64,000 nt of DNA from the human T2T-CHM13v2.0 reference genome, Homo sapiens. Positions 1 through 13,800 of the stretch are shown piece by piece. The notes under the pieces are model-generated. The model saw only the letters and a program-made list of their open reading frames with translations, had not been told where the DNA came from and did not search any database. The position numbers were made by a program, and so were the translations under genes. Within the stretch, counting starts at the first letter, position 1. Each line of letters starts with the position of its first letter. Location: the NCBI RefSeq assembly GCF_009914755.1, contig NC_060939.1; one strand, given 5' to 3'.

Positions 1-539
1 GAAAAAAGACTATTTTAAAATTTCAAACACCTAAGTATACCTAGAAAAATTCAGTTGGAGTTGCTAGATTTCTAATCCTCTTCCGAATTGTATAGACTTG
101 TAATACTTCCACAATGTGATGAATGTTACCCACTCTATTCCAATTATGCCTTTATCAGTGTGCCATCCTACCCCCTCAGCTCTCACCCCTTACTTGGCTA
201 TTAGGAAAGACTAATAGCCAAGGTTAATCCACAGTTGACGGAAATACCACACTTGCTGAAGATGGCTACTGAACTATCTACCATCCCTCTAAGAGCTGCC
301 ATCAATCCAACAACATTCTTAAGAATGTCAGATTTCCCAGGCAGCATGATCCCAGCCAGAGAAATAGAATGGATGTACAGCAGCTTGACCCAGGCTGACT
401 GTAGCAGCTGACTGCTGGGGAAAAGCAACTGTGACATTACAAGTGAGAGTAACTTACACTAGTGAATGGTGCTGGGGCCCCAGTGGGTGCTCAATCTTTG
501 CCGGTGGAGTGCAAATGCATCCTTGTGTTTGTGTAGATA

Positions 540-758
540 AGAGGTCTGCAAGTTATAGACCATGGGCCACATGTGGTCTGCCACCCATTTTTGTAAATGA
601 AGTTTTATGGGAACACAGCCATACCCACTCATTTGCATAGCGTCTGTGGCTGCTTTTGCACCTGGCTGAGTTGAGTAGTTAAAACAGAGACCCTTAAGGT
701 CCACAAAATTGAAAAGATGTACTTCCTGGAACTTTATGGAAAAAGCTTGCAGACCCCA
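540..758 (+). mobile_element. MER58A-like hAT-Charlie DNA transposon fossil
   Basis: Terminal inverted ends GGTCTGCAAG...CTTGCAGACC and the MER58 core TTTTTGTAAATGAAGTTTTATGGGAACACAGCCA. Confidence 0.8.
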
Positions 759-914
759 TTACAGGCAATAGAAAATTTTATGCTAGGAAGTATGTAATTA
801 ATTTTACATATTGTGGGGTGAGTTTGAATCCCATGCTATTGATGACTGTCCTCTGTTCTTTCTTTCACAGTAACCCACTGGGATGGGTGCTGCTTGGTGG
901 AGTAGGTCCTGTGT

Positions 915-1075
915 CAGTGGCCCATGCTTTAGAGCCAGGCACATAGCCTGATTTGACCCTGGCCCTGCCCCTGTCCAGCTGTGACATGGGCTTCACCTCT
1001 CTGAGCCCTCCTGATTTTCTGTAGGAATGCAGGAAATGAGCTCACCTAACGTGCAAGACCCTGAGGACTGAGGGT
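915..1075 (+). mobile_element. MIR fragment
   Basis: Degenerate MIR core: GCTGTGACATGGGC...CACCTCTCTGAGCCCTC...TTTTCTGTAG. Confidence 0.5.
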
Positions 1076-1076
1076 C

Positions 1077-1466
1077 TCAGGCAGGGAGGTCTGTACCCTC
1101 AGAGACATTCACTGTGACCACCCCGTCTTGCACACAGCTCCTATTGGGTACAATTTTTAGTTGATGCGGCCAGAAAAGAAGAAAATTATTTGACCTGATG
1201 TATATGGTACCAATTAGGAAATTGATTTCTTCCTTCTCTCCATGCACTGGGGCCTCGGCCGGGAGAGTCTCTTCTTTCGTCACTGCCACCTGGGGGACAG
1301 ATCAGAGAACAAGAGCATGTGATCTCCTTACTCTCAGACTGAGGCCGAAGGCTTGGCTTTTTGTCACAGGAGGCTGGATCTTGGCCTTGGCCAATTGCCT
1401 GAGGCATGTACTCTGTCTTCCTGGGCCCTACAGGTCCCCGCTTACCAGCTGACCAGCAACTCCCAT
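1077..1466 (-). other. Candidate two-exon small ORF, 77 aa (coding 1466-1446 and 1289-1077); unproven
   Basis: GGCATGG start context, CTG|GTAAGC donor, 156-nt intron, pyrimidine-rich acceptor, frame preserved across the junction; no recognised homolog. Confidence 0.25.
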
Positions 1467-1555
1467 GCCCGGGCCTGGCCAGGGGCTGTCTCAGCTTTCC
1501 TCGTTTTAGCAAGCACATCTATTTCAGTGAGGATTACTTGCACAGCACAGAGCTG

Positions 1556-1871
1556 TTTTTTCCTTTTCCTTTTTCTTTTTTTTTTTGAGACAGAGTCTTG
1601 CTCTGTCGCCCAGGCTGGAGTGCAGTGGCGCGATCTCGGCTCACTGGAAGCTCCGCCTCCCGGGTTCATGCCATCCTCCTTGCCTCAGCCTCCTGAGTAG
1701 CTGGGAGTACAGGCGCCCACCACCATGCCCAGCTAATTTTTTTTTTGTATTTTTAGTAGAGACAGGGTTTCACCATGTTAGCTAGGATGGTCTCGATCTC
1801 CTGACCTTGTGATCCGCTCACCTCAGCCTCCCAGAGTGCTGGGATTGCAGGCGTGAGCCACCACACCCAGC
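1556..1871 (-). mobile_element. AluY-like SINE
   Basis: T-rich tail, then a full antisense Alu dimer with AluY-type AAGCTCCGCCTCCCGGGTTCA and AGGATGGTCTCGATCTCC. Confidence 0.95.
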
Positions 1872-2244
1872 TTTCCAGATGTATTTCTTAAACCTCACAC
1901 TGCCACCATCACCACACCCTCACATTCATGTCCCATGATGATATGGGAGGGACTGGGCTGGTGGGGACATTTGACCCCAGCTACCTGGGCCATCCTCACC
2001 CACTGCTCCGTGCCATCCTCCCAAGCATGCACTGTGCCTCTCAACCTGCCTTGTGTGGTCTAAAGCACTCACTCAGCCGCTTTGAACAGCATGAGGCTCT
2101 GGGTGGCCGTGCCCTGGCCCTGCATTCCTGTTCTCCTCAGTGCATCCTAGCCCTTGGACAGAATGTCTCTGAAGGTCTCATCAGCCACCCCAGGGAGAGT
2201 AATGTGTCCCATCAATGCATGGTGACTGCCTTAGGAGGGGCAGT

Positions 2245-2466
2245 GCCGTGTGGGGACAGAGCGTTGGCCCTGGAATCAGTCTCTGGGGCCAAAATGGTTC
2301 CACCACTTTGTGTGACCTTGGGCATGTTATATCGCCTCTCTGTGCCTCAGTTTCCTCATCAATACAATTATAATAATAATTGTATCTCACAGTTATTATG
2401 AAATTTTAAGGAACTCATGCACAAAATGTACTGGCCCATAGTACATGCTCAATATACATTAATTAT
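2245..2466 (+). mobile_element. MIR
   Basis: GTGTGACCTTGGGCATGTTA...CCTCTCTGTGCCTCAGTTTCCTCATC core and 3' CATAGTACATGCTCAATA. Confidence 0.85.
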
Positions 2467-2957
2467 GAGCCAATGAATGAACTCTCAACAGGGACCCTGA
2501 GACCACCCTTGCCTTCCCAGGTCTCCACTGAGCAAGAAAACTGCTTCCACCAGCTTGCTGAAGGCAGGAATAAGGGGCCTACCTCTAGTGCCTTGGCTTG
2601 GAATCACAGAGGGTTAAACTGGTGGGGGCTCCTGCCTTCAATTCCGTCTTCTTTCCCGTATCCGAGGTTGCAGTGTTCATTGATCACTTAAGCAACCTTC
2701 ATGGAGCTGCTACTCTGTTCAGGCCATGACTGCAGGGACTCTGTGGGAACTATGAGCCCCCTGAGCCTTCCCAGGATCTCCCCAGTAAGCAGAAAGGGAC
2801 AGACACACACATACAGGTCTCAGAGACCAACTGCTGGATTTGGAAGACACTTAGTGGAGGAAGTGGTCCAACCAGAGAGAGTAAAATTGCAAGACAGAGG
2901 TGTAGCAGGATAAAGACCAAACTACCTCAGGATCCATTTTTCATTAACTTCTGTTTT

Positions 2958-3311
<354 letters not shown>

Positions 3312-3623
3312 TCAATGAAGCTCAAATAAAACACTGCTGCATTATATTTGTAGATGTTATAACTGGACACTGGAAGGCAATAAAACGGGTAGATGGAGAA
3401 TGAGACTGGGAGATGATGGCAGAGGCTTGTGGTCTGATCCCTGGGGACAGGTACAGGAAGACTATGGGTGAATGAGTGCCTGGAGGTTACTCTTCACTCT
3501 CAGGACAGCAAACAGGGTAGTGAATGCTTTTAACATCTGTCTTAACAGAGGGCCAGCTGCCTGAGAGCTGGGATCCACTTCATCCTCCTTTCTATCCTCC
3601 TGCTCACAGTGCCTGGCACACAG

Positions 3624-3800
3624 CAGGGCCAACTCTAAGGTGAGGCGAGGAGGCACCTGCCACTGCTGCAGAATCTAAGAGGGTGCAAAAACACTCAGGA
3701 ATCGACATAAACAACATTTTAGTGCTATATTTGCAAAAATAAAAATTAGCGCAAAAATATCTTTGAGGAACAAAATGTCAGCCTTTTAAATGAAGGCAAG
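3624..3800 (+). mobile_element. hAT-type DNA transposon fragment (MER96B-like)
   Basis: CAGGGCC...GGTGAGGCGAG-GAGGCAC start and AT-rich AAAATAAAAATTAGCGCAAAAA...GAACAAAATGTC resemble the recalled MER96B consensus. Confidence 0.55.
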
Positions 3801-4084
3801 GTTGGCATGACCATTTTTCCTTTGCCCCTGGCTCTGCAGGGCTGCCAGGCCCTGGCATGAGCTCAAAGCTGCTGCCTGGGAGGCAGGTGGTTGGGAGGCA
3901 GCCCAGTGAACACCCATCACAGCCAGAGAGCCTGACCTCAGAGAGGGCCAGCGAGGGCCACGGGAAGGGGCACACAAGTGAGTGGGGAGTGGGAGCTCGC
4001 TCTCATCAGGTCTGTTTGATGATACAGCACACTGAACACAGGGATAAGGGAACAGAGGGGTGGATGAACAGATCTGGGGTCGAG

Positions 4085-4270
4085 CACAGGCTTGGGAGCT
4101 GATGGCCTGGCTGGGTGCAAAGCCCCTGCAACCCTGGAAAGGCTACTTCATTTCTTGAAGCCTTGGTTGTCACATCTGAGCAATGAGGGTGAGAACAACC
4201 CTGCCTCTTAGAATTGCAGTAAGGATACAGTGAGATGACACTGAAAGAACATGCACTATTACTATTATTA
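4085..4270 (+). mobile_element. MIR fragment
   Basis: Degenerate MIR core ending GCACTATTACTATTATTA. Confidence 0.5.
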
Positions 4271-5271
4271 CCATTGACATAGATTAAAACAATAGGCAAA
4301 TGTACTGTTCTGGTATTGAGAATCCACCCTTGACTACCCATACATTTATACATCCCTGTTAAGGGGGTGAATGGTTAAATATGAAAAAAGGTCAGGCATG
4401 CGTTCATCTTGTCCGGCCTGGCGAGGAAGCCCACCCTGGTAAGAAGATCAGATGCCTGGGCTCCCGTGGTGAAATGAATTGGATGTCTCAACTCAGATGT
4501 CAACATTCCAAGAGCCTGTGTGGCCCATCCCTTGCCAGACGCCATTGTGACCTTGGGCAAGCGTGGTGCACTAGGGCAGAAAGGCTTCTGTGGATGCCAC
4601 ATTAGGGAAACACATCTTCCAGAGCATCTTCACGGTTTAGATGAAAATTAAGAAAGCCCAGTGTCTTTCAGTGCGGGGGCATGAGTTCTGGGAAGGTTGG
4701 TTCTGCCAAACATTCATATGCGTAGAGCACATTATCATTTCCAAAGCTTGGCCACGTATATTACTTACATAACCTCCACAACACCAGCTAGAGATAAAGA
4801 TGAGTCTAAGAGTAATTTGGACTGTGATGAAGCAAGTTCTCCAGGAAATTCAATGTAAAAAGCCCTGGGTGAGGAGAGGAAAGGTGCTTCTTTCTGAGGA
4901 ATAAGAAGAGAAGTTTGGCCAGACAGCGACAGATAGGGCTGTGTGAAAATCAAAAGTGGCTATAGGAATGTCTGTGGGGCACATTGAAGTTCTTCGCATT
5001 GTTGCAGGATCATTTCACTCTTTAGTTTTCCCCTTGTTGAAGCTGATATTCTCAAACACATTGTCTTGTAGGAACTGAGGAAGGCTCCAGCAGCAACAGT
5101 GGGCAGTGCTGGGACACACCACTTGTACCTGAGGCTCGGAGAAGGCACATGTGTGGGCTTTGAGCCCATTTCACTTGTCCAGCAGGTGCCGCGGGCTGGA
5201 CACCCAATGGGCCCAATGGGAAGGAGACATGCCTTCTGTTCAGGGGCCATGACTGGGCCTTGTGCCAGCTC

Positions 5272-5522
5272 TCAGAGCATCTGGTGCCTTTAAAATAAAA
5301 TACGTGCATAGATGCATGATTGGAAGCAAAACAATTCCTTAGTTGACACTCACTTATTATACTTTTTCATAATTTTCTCCTAGTATGGAAAGATGGAAGA
5401 AAAGTCTCTCCTAAAATGTATAACTTTGGGAATAGCAGTAAGTGTAGGATCTACTGGGGTTTTGTCTTACATGCATTGAAATGATATACTCATCAATGAC
5501 ATATCAAATTCTTCAATGGTTC
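5272..5522 (+). repeat. Copy A of a ~250 bp local direct duplication (partner 16914-17165)
   Basis: Shared blocks such as GTGCATAGATGCATGATTGGAAGCAAAACA and TATGGAAAGATGGAAGAAAAGTCTCT; about 86% identity by hand count. Confidence 0.95.
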
Positions 5523-5679
5523 TTAATACGAGTTAAACAGTAGTTTAACTGACAGGAGAAAGTGGGGCACTAGAAATTGTAAATGGCACCTCAACATTCC
5601 AGTCTCTCTACTCTTGAGCTTAGATTTTTAGGCTAACAAGGAGAACACAGAATTACCTGATGGTATATATTTTAAAAAT

Positions 5680-7440
5680 ATTTTTCTAATAAAAATTTAA
5701 ATATGTATAAAAGTAGACAGAAAAGGATATTAAAGCCAATGTACCCATGCCTCAGGCATGACAATCATCAATTCTTAGCCAACCATGCTTCTTCTCTATC
5801 TCCAACCCTTCTCCTGCTCACATAATTTTGAAGCAAATTCCAGATAACACATTATTTCATCCACAACTACTTCCATCTCTCTCTAAGACTCTTTAAAACA
5901 TAACCACAGTACCATAATCCCACCTAAAAATAACAAAAATTCTTCAGTGCAATATCCAGTGTGCAAATTTCCAATGATATCAAATGTTGTAAGTTCACAT
6001 ATTTACTTTTTCAGTTTGTTTGAATCAGAATTCAAGTAAGATCTCTTATTGTAATTGGTTGATATGTCTTTTTTAATCTACAGATTTTGCCTCCGTCTTT
6101 TTCCCTCTGTTTGTTGAAAAATCTTATATATATATTTTTCTCTAGAGTTTTCTATCATCTGGCTTTTACTGATTGCTCCTATGGTGCCATGTCACATGCT
6201 CCTCTGTCCTCTCTATTTCATGTAAATCAGCACTGGGATGTAAGACTCGATCAGATTCAGATTCAATTTGGGGCACACTTTGGTGCTGTCTTCTTCCATC
6301 AGTTGGCACTGAGTATCTGTCTCTGCCTGTGATGGTCGCAGCCACTGATGATCATTGCCTAGACCCAGCAATTCAAGAGGGGTTGCGTATACTGGCAGCA
6401 TAATTCTTTTATTCATTCTTTATTTATTAGCTGGAATTCTTAAAGGGAAATTTCTACTAATCTACTATTTGGTCACCCAGTGGTAGACACCTAATAGAAA
6501 AGGCAAGATAGATGCTTTATTTATGACCTTTTAATTCATCATTTTACTTGGACAAGTTGGTTCACTAGCTTCCTTCCACGGGATCAATTTGTTACTTCTT
6601 TTTTTGAAATATTTTGCATTCGTCGATTTAAACATATTTTATGCATTTCAATCTATCCAATATAGAGCAGTTGTTGTCTTTATTGATGCTTAAGTCCTGA
6701 ATCAAGTTCCCTTGACACTAGTGTAGCTGATAGAGTCTTTTCTACATATCTTGTGTGACAAAATGTTTCAGGTCCCTTTTCTACATTTACTGTTCCGGAT
6801 CTAGAATTCAACATTTCTCCAAAGAACTATGAGTCTTTTTTATTGAGAATGGTTTTTCAAGACCACAATCTGAATGCTTGGTGTACCCATAACTAGTGGT
6901 TTAGTCATTGTTTACAGGACTTCTTGGACAGCTAAGAAATATGTTTGTTTTAAAAACAAATTTTGAGTTCATTCTAATATTTCCAATTCAAATTGAAGAC
7001 TTAGGAGTTTTTACTTAACCTAATCTCTTTTACAGATGAACCTCCTTCCCACACCAAATCCTAGTTCCTAATAAAATCAGGAATGATAGCATATTACACA
7101 GTTACTCTTTCAATTTATCCTGCTCAAATCAAAGCTATTGATTTCTGTGTGCTAAATTTATATCTTGCTATTTTACTAAGTTCTTACAATTTATAGCAAA
7201 TTTTCAGTTTTTTTTAGTTTTCCAGATACACAATCATATCAAATGCAAATATAGTTTGTGTTAACTCTTTTTTTTTTTGAGATGGAGTATCCCTCTATTG
7301 CCAAATCCTGTCCGATTTCCTTGATTAATGCATTCAATATAATATTACATACTATGAGATGTTATGGGCATCTTTGCTTTGCTCCTAACTTTAGTGGAAA
7401 TAACTTTGGTGTTTCCACACTGAAAAAGATGCTGGGTGTG
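5680..7440 (-). mobile_element. Old L1M (L1MC-like 3' end plus ORF2 fragments)
   Basis: T-rich antisense L1 signature, e.g. CTATTGATTTCTGTGTGCTAAATTTATATCTTGCTA; it appears to resume after 15710. Confidence 0.65.
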
Positions 7441-7452
7441 GGGTCTTGGGCT

Positions 7453-7454
<2 letters not shown>

Positions 7455-7491
<37 letters not shown>
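7455..7491 (+). repeat. (AC)18 microsatellite
   Basis: Perfect AC run directly visible. Confidence 0.98.
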
Positions 7492-7492
<1 letters not shown>

Positions 7493-7879
7493 GTTTTTAA
7501 AAATTTAAAGTTCCAGGATACATGTGCAGGATGTGCAGGTTTGTTACATAGGTAAACGTGTGCCATGGTGGTTTGTTGTACCTATCAACCCATCACCTGG
7601 GTATTAAGCCCTGCATGCATTATTTATCCTGATGCTCACCATCCCCCCCACCCCCCGACAGGCCCCAGGGTGTGTTGTTCCCCTCCCTGTGTCCATGTGT
7701 TCTCATTGTTCAGCTCTCACTTATAAGTGAGAACATGTGGTGTTTGGTTTTCTGTTCCTGTGTTAGTTTGCTGAGGATAATGGCTTTCAGTTCCAACCAT
7801 GTCCCTGCAAAGGACATGATCTGTTTCCTTTTTATGGCTGCATAGTATTCCATGATGTATATGTACCACATTTTCTTTA

Positions 7880-10800
7880 AAAAATTTTTATTTTTCCATA
7901 AGTTATTGGGGTACAGGTGGTGTTTGGTTACATGAGTAAGTTCTTCAGTGGCGATTTTTGAGATTTTGGTGCACCCATCACCTGAGCAGTACACACAGAA
8001 CCCTATTTGCAGTCTTTTATCCTTTGCTCCCCTCCCATCCTTCCCCCCAAGTCCCCAAAGTCCATTGTATCATTCTTATGCCTTTGCGTCCTCATAGCTT
8101 AGCTCCCACATATCAGTGAGAACATACGATGTTTGGTTTTCCATTCCTGAGTTACTTCACTTAGAATAATAGTCTCCAGTCTCATCCAGGTCACTGCAAA
8201 TGATGTTAATTCATTTCTTTTTATGGCCAACTAGTATTCCATTGTATAAATATACTATAGTTTCTTTATCCACTCATTGATTGATGGCATTTGGGTTGGT
8301 CCCATGATTTTGCAATTGTGAACTGTGCTGCTACAAACATGCGTGTGCAAGTATCTTCTTCGTATAATGATTTCTTTTCCTCTGGGTAGATACCAAGTAG
8401 TGGGATTGCTGGATCAAATGGTAGCTCTACTTTTAGTTCTTTAAGGAGTCTCCACACTGTTTTCCATAGTGGCTGCACTAGTTTACATTCCCACCAGAAC
8501 ATTCCCTGTTCACCACATCCATGCCAACATCTACTGTTTGTTGATTTTTTTTTTTTATTACGGCCATTCTTGCAGGAGTAAGGTGGTATTACATTGTGGT
8601 TTTGATTTCCATTTCCCTGACCATTAGAGATTTGAGCATTTTTTCATGTTTGTTGGCCATTTGTATATCTTCTTTTGAGAACTGTCTATTCATATCCTTA
8701 GCCCACTTTTTGATGGGATTTTTTTTTCTTACTGATTTGAGTTTGTGGTAGATTCTGGATATTAGTCCTTTGTCAGATGTATAGATTGTGAAGATTTTCT
8801 CCCACTCTGTGGGGTATCTGTTTACTCTGCTGGCTGTTCCTTTTACCATGCAAAAGCTCTTTAGTTTAATTAAGTCCCAGCTATTTATCTTTGTTTTTAT
8901 TGCATTTGCTTTTGGGTTCTTGCTCGTGAAATCCTTGACTAAGCCAATGTCTACAAGGGGTTTTCCAATGTTATCTTCTAGAACTTTTATAGTTTCAGGT
9001 CTTAGATATAAGTCATTAATCCCTCTTGAGTTGATTTTTGTATAAAGTGAGAGATGAGGATCCTGTTCCATTCTCCTACATGTGGCCAGCCAATTATCCC
9101 AGCATCGTTTGCTCAAAAGGGCATCCTTTCCCTACTTTATGTTTTTGTTTGCTTTGTCAAAGATCAGTTGGCTGTAAGTATTTGGGTGTATTTCTGGGTT
9201 CTCTATTGTTTTCCATTGCTCTATGTGCCTATTTTTATACCAGTACCACGCTGTTTTGGTGACTACGGCCTTATAGTATAGTTTGAAAGCAGGTAGTGTG
9301 ATGCCTCCAAATTTGTTCTTTTTGCTTAGTCTTACTTTGGCTATGCAGGCTCTTTTTTTGGTTCCATACGAATTTTAGAATTGCTGTTTCTAATTCTGTG
9401 AAGAATGATGGCAGTATTTTGATGGGGATTGCACTGAATTTGTAGATTGCTTTTGGCAGTATGGTCATTTTCTCAATATTGATTCTACCCATCCATGAGC
9501 ATGGGATGTGTTCCCAATTGTTTGTGTCATCTATGATTTCTTTCACCAGTGTTCTGTAGTTTTCCTTGTAGAGGTCTTTCATCTCCTTGGTTAGGTATAT
9601 TCCTAAGTATTTGATTTTATTTTTGCAGCTGTTATAAAAACGGTTGAGTTATTGATTTGATTCTCTGCTTGGTCTCTCCTGGTGTATAGAAGAGCTACCA
9701 ATTTGTGTACATTAATCTTGTATCCAGAAACTTTGCTGAATTCTTTCATCAGTTCTAGGAGCTTTCTGGAGGAGTCTTTAGGGTTTTCAAGGTAAACAAT
9801 CATATTATCAGCAAACAGTGATAGTATGACTGCCTCTTCACTGATGTGGATGCCCTTTATTTCTCTCGTCTGATTGCTCTGGCTAGGACTTCAAGTACTA
9901 TGTTGAAGAGGAGTGGTGAGAGTGGGCATCCTTGTCTTGTTCCAGTTCTCAGAGGGAAGCTTTCAACTTTTCCCATTCAGTATTATGTTGGCTATGGGTT
10001 TGTCACAGATGGCTTTTATTACATTGAGGTATGTCCCTTGTATGCCGATTTTGCTGAGAGTTTTAATCATAAAGCGATGCTGGATTTTGTTGAATGCTTT
10101 TTCTGCATCTATCGAGACGATCACGTGATTTTTGTTCCAAATTCTGTTTGTGTGGTACATTGCGTTTATTGACTTGCGTATGTGAAATCATCCCTTCATC
10201 CCTCGTATGAAACCCACTTGATCATGGTGGATTTTTTTTTTTGATATTTTGTTGGATTCTGTTAGCCAGTATTTTGTTAAGGATTTTAGCATCTATGTTC
10301 AGCAAGGATATCAGTCTGTAGTTTTCTTTTTTGGTTATGTCCTTTCCTGGTTTTGGTATTAGGGTGAGGCTAGCTTCATAGAATGAATTAGGGAGGCTTT
10401 CTTCTTTCTCTGTCTTGTGGAATAGCGTCGAATTCTGCTGTGAATCCATCTGGTCCTGGACTTCTTTTGTTGGTAATTTTTAAATTAAGATTTCAATCAC
10501 ACTGCTTGTTATTGGTCTGTTCAGGGTATCTAATTCTTCCTGATTTAAGCTAGGAGGATTGTATTTTTCCAGGAATTTATCCATGTCTTCTAGGTTTTCT
10601 AGTTTATGTGTGTAAAGGTGTTCATAGTAGCCTTGAATAATCCTTTGTATTTCTGTGGTGTCACATCTTTTGTATTTCTGTGGTGTAATATCTCCCGTTT
10701 GTTTCTTAATGAGGTTATTTAGATTTTCTCTCTTCTTTTCTTAGTTAATCTTGCTAGTGGTCTTGAATTTTATTTATTTTTTCAAAAAATCAGCTTTTGT

Positions 10801-13800
10801 TTCATTTATCTTTTGTATTTTGTTTGTTTCAATTTCATTTAGTTCTGCTCTGATCTTGGTTATTTCCTTTCTTCTGCTGGGTTTGGGTTTGGTTTGTTCT
10901 TGTTTCTCTAGTTCCTTGAGGTGTGACTTTAGAATGTCAGTTTCTGCCCTTTCAGTCTTTTTGATAGGTGTTTAGGGCTATGAACTTTCCTCCTAGTATC
11001 CCCTTTGCTGTATCCCAGAGGTTTGATAGGTTGTGTCATTATTGTCGTTGAGTTTGAATAATTTTTAAATTTCCATCGTGATTACATTTTTGACCCAATG
11101 CTCATTCAGGAACAGGTTATTTAATTCCCATGTATTTGCATGGTTTTGAAGGTTCCTTTTGGAATTGATTTCCAGTTTGCCTCCACTGTGGTCTGAGAGA
11201 GTGCTTGATATACTTTAATTTTCTTATATTTACTGAGGCTCATTTTGAGGCCTATCATATGGTCTACCTTGGAGAAACTTCCATGTGCTGTTGAATAGAA
11301 TGTGCATTCCGTGGTTGTCGGATGAAATGTTCTGTACATATCTGTTAAGTCCATTTGTTCCAAGGTATAGTTTAAATCCATTGTTTCTTTGACTTTCTAT
11401 CTTGATGACCTGTCTAGTGCTGTCAGTGGAGTACTGAAGTCCCCCATATTATTGTGTTGCTGTCTATCTCATTTCTTAGGTCTATTAGTAATTGTTGTAT
11501 AAACTTGGGAGCTCCAGTGTTAGGTGCACGTATGTTTAGGATTGTGATGTTTTCCTGTTGGACAAGGCCTTTTACCATTATATAATGGTCCTTCTGTGTC
11601 TCTTTTAACTGCTGTTGCTTTAAAGTTTGTTTTGCCTGATATAAGAATAGCTACTGCTGCTTGCTTTTGGTGTCCATTTGCATGAAATGCCTTTTTCCAC
11701 CCCTTTACTTTAAGTTTACGTGAGTCCTTATGTGTTAGGTGAGTCTCCTGAAGGCAGCAGATAGTTCATTGGTGAGTTCTTATTTATTTTGCAGTTCTGT
11801 ATATTTTAAGTGGAGCATTTAGGCCATTTACATTCAATGTTATTATTGAGATGTGAGGTACCATTGCATTCATTGTGCTATTTGTTGCCTGTGTACCTTG
11901 GTTTTTTCATTTTTTGTTTTTGCTTTTTAACTTGTATTTTTGTTTTATAGGTCCCGTGTGATTTATGCTTTACAAAGTTTTGTTTTGATATGTTTCTAGG
12001 ATTTGTTTCAAGATTTAGAGCTCCTTTTAGCAGTTCTTCTAGTGGTGGCTTGGTAGTGGTCAATTCTCTCTGTATTTTCTGAAAGGCTGTATCTTTCTAT
12101 CATATATGATGCTTAGTTTTGCTGCATACAAAATTCTTAGCTGAAAATGGTTTCATTTGAGGATACTGAAGATAGGGCCCCAATCCCTTCTAGCTTGTAG
12201 GGTTTCTGCTGAGAAATCTGCTGTTAGTCTGACAGGTTTTCCTTTATAGGTTACCTGGTGCTTCTGTCTCACAGCTCTTAAGATTCTTTCCTTCATCTGA
12301 ACTTTAGATAATCTGATGACAATGTGCCTAAGTGATGATCTTTTTGAGATGAATTTCCCAGGTGTTCTTTGTGCTTCTTGTATTTGAATGACTAGGTCTC
12401 TGGCAAGGCCAGGGAAGTTTTCCTCCATTATTCCCCCCAAATATATTTTTCCAAGCTTTTAGAAATCTCTTATTCCTCAGGAACACTGATTATTCTTAGG
12501 TTTGGTTGTTTAACATAGTCCCAGCCTTCTTGGAGGCTTTGTTCATATTTTCTTATTATTTTTTCTTTGTCTTTGTTGGATTGGATTAATTCAAAGACTT
12601 TGTCTTCGAGCTCTGAATTTCTTTCTTATACTTGTTCAATTCTATTGCTGAGATTTTCCAAAGCATTTTGCATTTCTATAAGTGTGTCCAGTGTTTCCTG
12701 AAGTTTTGATAGTTTTTTCTTTAAGCTCTCTATTTCCTTGAATATTTCTCCCTTCCCTTCTTTTATTGTTTTTTGGATTTCCTCACATTGGGCTTTGCCT
12801 TTCTCTGGTGCCTCCCTGATTAGCTTAATAACTAACCTCCTGAATTATTTTTCAGGTAAATCAGAGATTTCTTCTTGGTTTGGATCCATTGCTGGTGAAC
12901 TAGTGTGATTTTTTGGGGGGTGTTAAAGAGCCTTGTTTGGTCATCTTAGCAGGGTTGGTTTTCTGGTTTCTTCTCATTTGGGTAAGCTCTGTCAGAGGGA
13001 AGGTCTAGGGCTGCAGGCTGTTGTTCAGATTCTTTTGTCTCATGGCGTGTTCCATTGTAGCAGTACTCTCCTGCTTTTCCTATAACTGTGGCTTCCTGCC
13101 AGCCAAACTGCAGCGACTGCTGTCTCTCTTCTGGGTCTAGCCACCCAGCAAGTCTACCTGGCTCCAGACTGGTACTGGGTATTGTCTGTACAGAGCCCTG
13201 TGATGTAAACCATCTATGGGTGTCTTAGCTGTGGACACCAGCACCTGTTCTCCTGGAGCTGGTGGTGGGGTCAAATGGACTCTGCAAGGATTCTTAGCTT
13301 TGGTGGTTTAATATCCTATTTTTGTGATGGTTGGCCACCTGCCAGGAGATGGCACTTTCCAGGGAGCATCAGCTGTGGTAGCATGGAGAAGAACCAGTGG
13401 TGGGTGGGGCCCTAGAACTCCCAAGATTACATGCCATTTATCTTCAGCTACCAGGGTGGATAGGGAAGGCCCATCAGGTGGGGGCAGGGTTGGGTGTCGT
13501 AGTTCAGACTGTCCTTCGGTGCGTCTTGCTGAGGCTGCTGTGGGGGATGGGGGTGAGGTTCCCAGGTCAATGGAGTTGTGTACCTACGAGGATTATGGTT
13601 GCCTCTGCTGAGTCATGCAGGCTGTCAGGGAAGTGAGGGAAAGCCGGCAGTCGCAGGCCTCACCCAGCTGCCATGCAGTCCGAAGGGCCGGTCTTCTCCC
13701 ACTGTGCCTCCCCTAACAGCCCCAAGTCTGTTTCCAGGCAGTGGGTGAGCAGAGCTGAGAACTTGCCCCAGGTTACCTGCTTCCCAGCTAGAAAGAAAAG

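Noticed and set aside
1928-2401. 157-aa ORF
   Set aside because: Ends in a MIR and has no recognisable homology.
8266-12440. ORFs with reverse transcriptase, endonuclease and ORF1 similarity
   Set aside because: Fragments of the L1PB1-like element broken by stops, frameshifts and deletions; not an active element or a new RT system.
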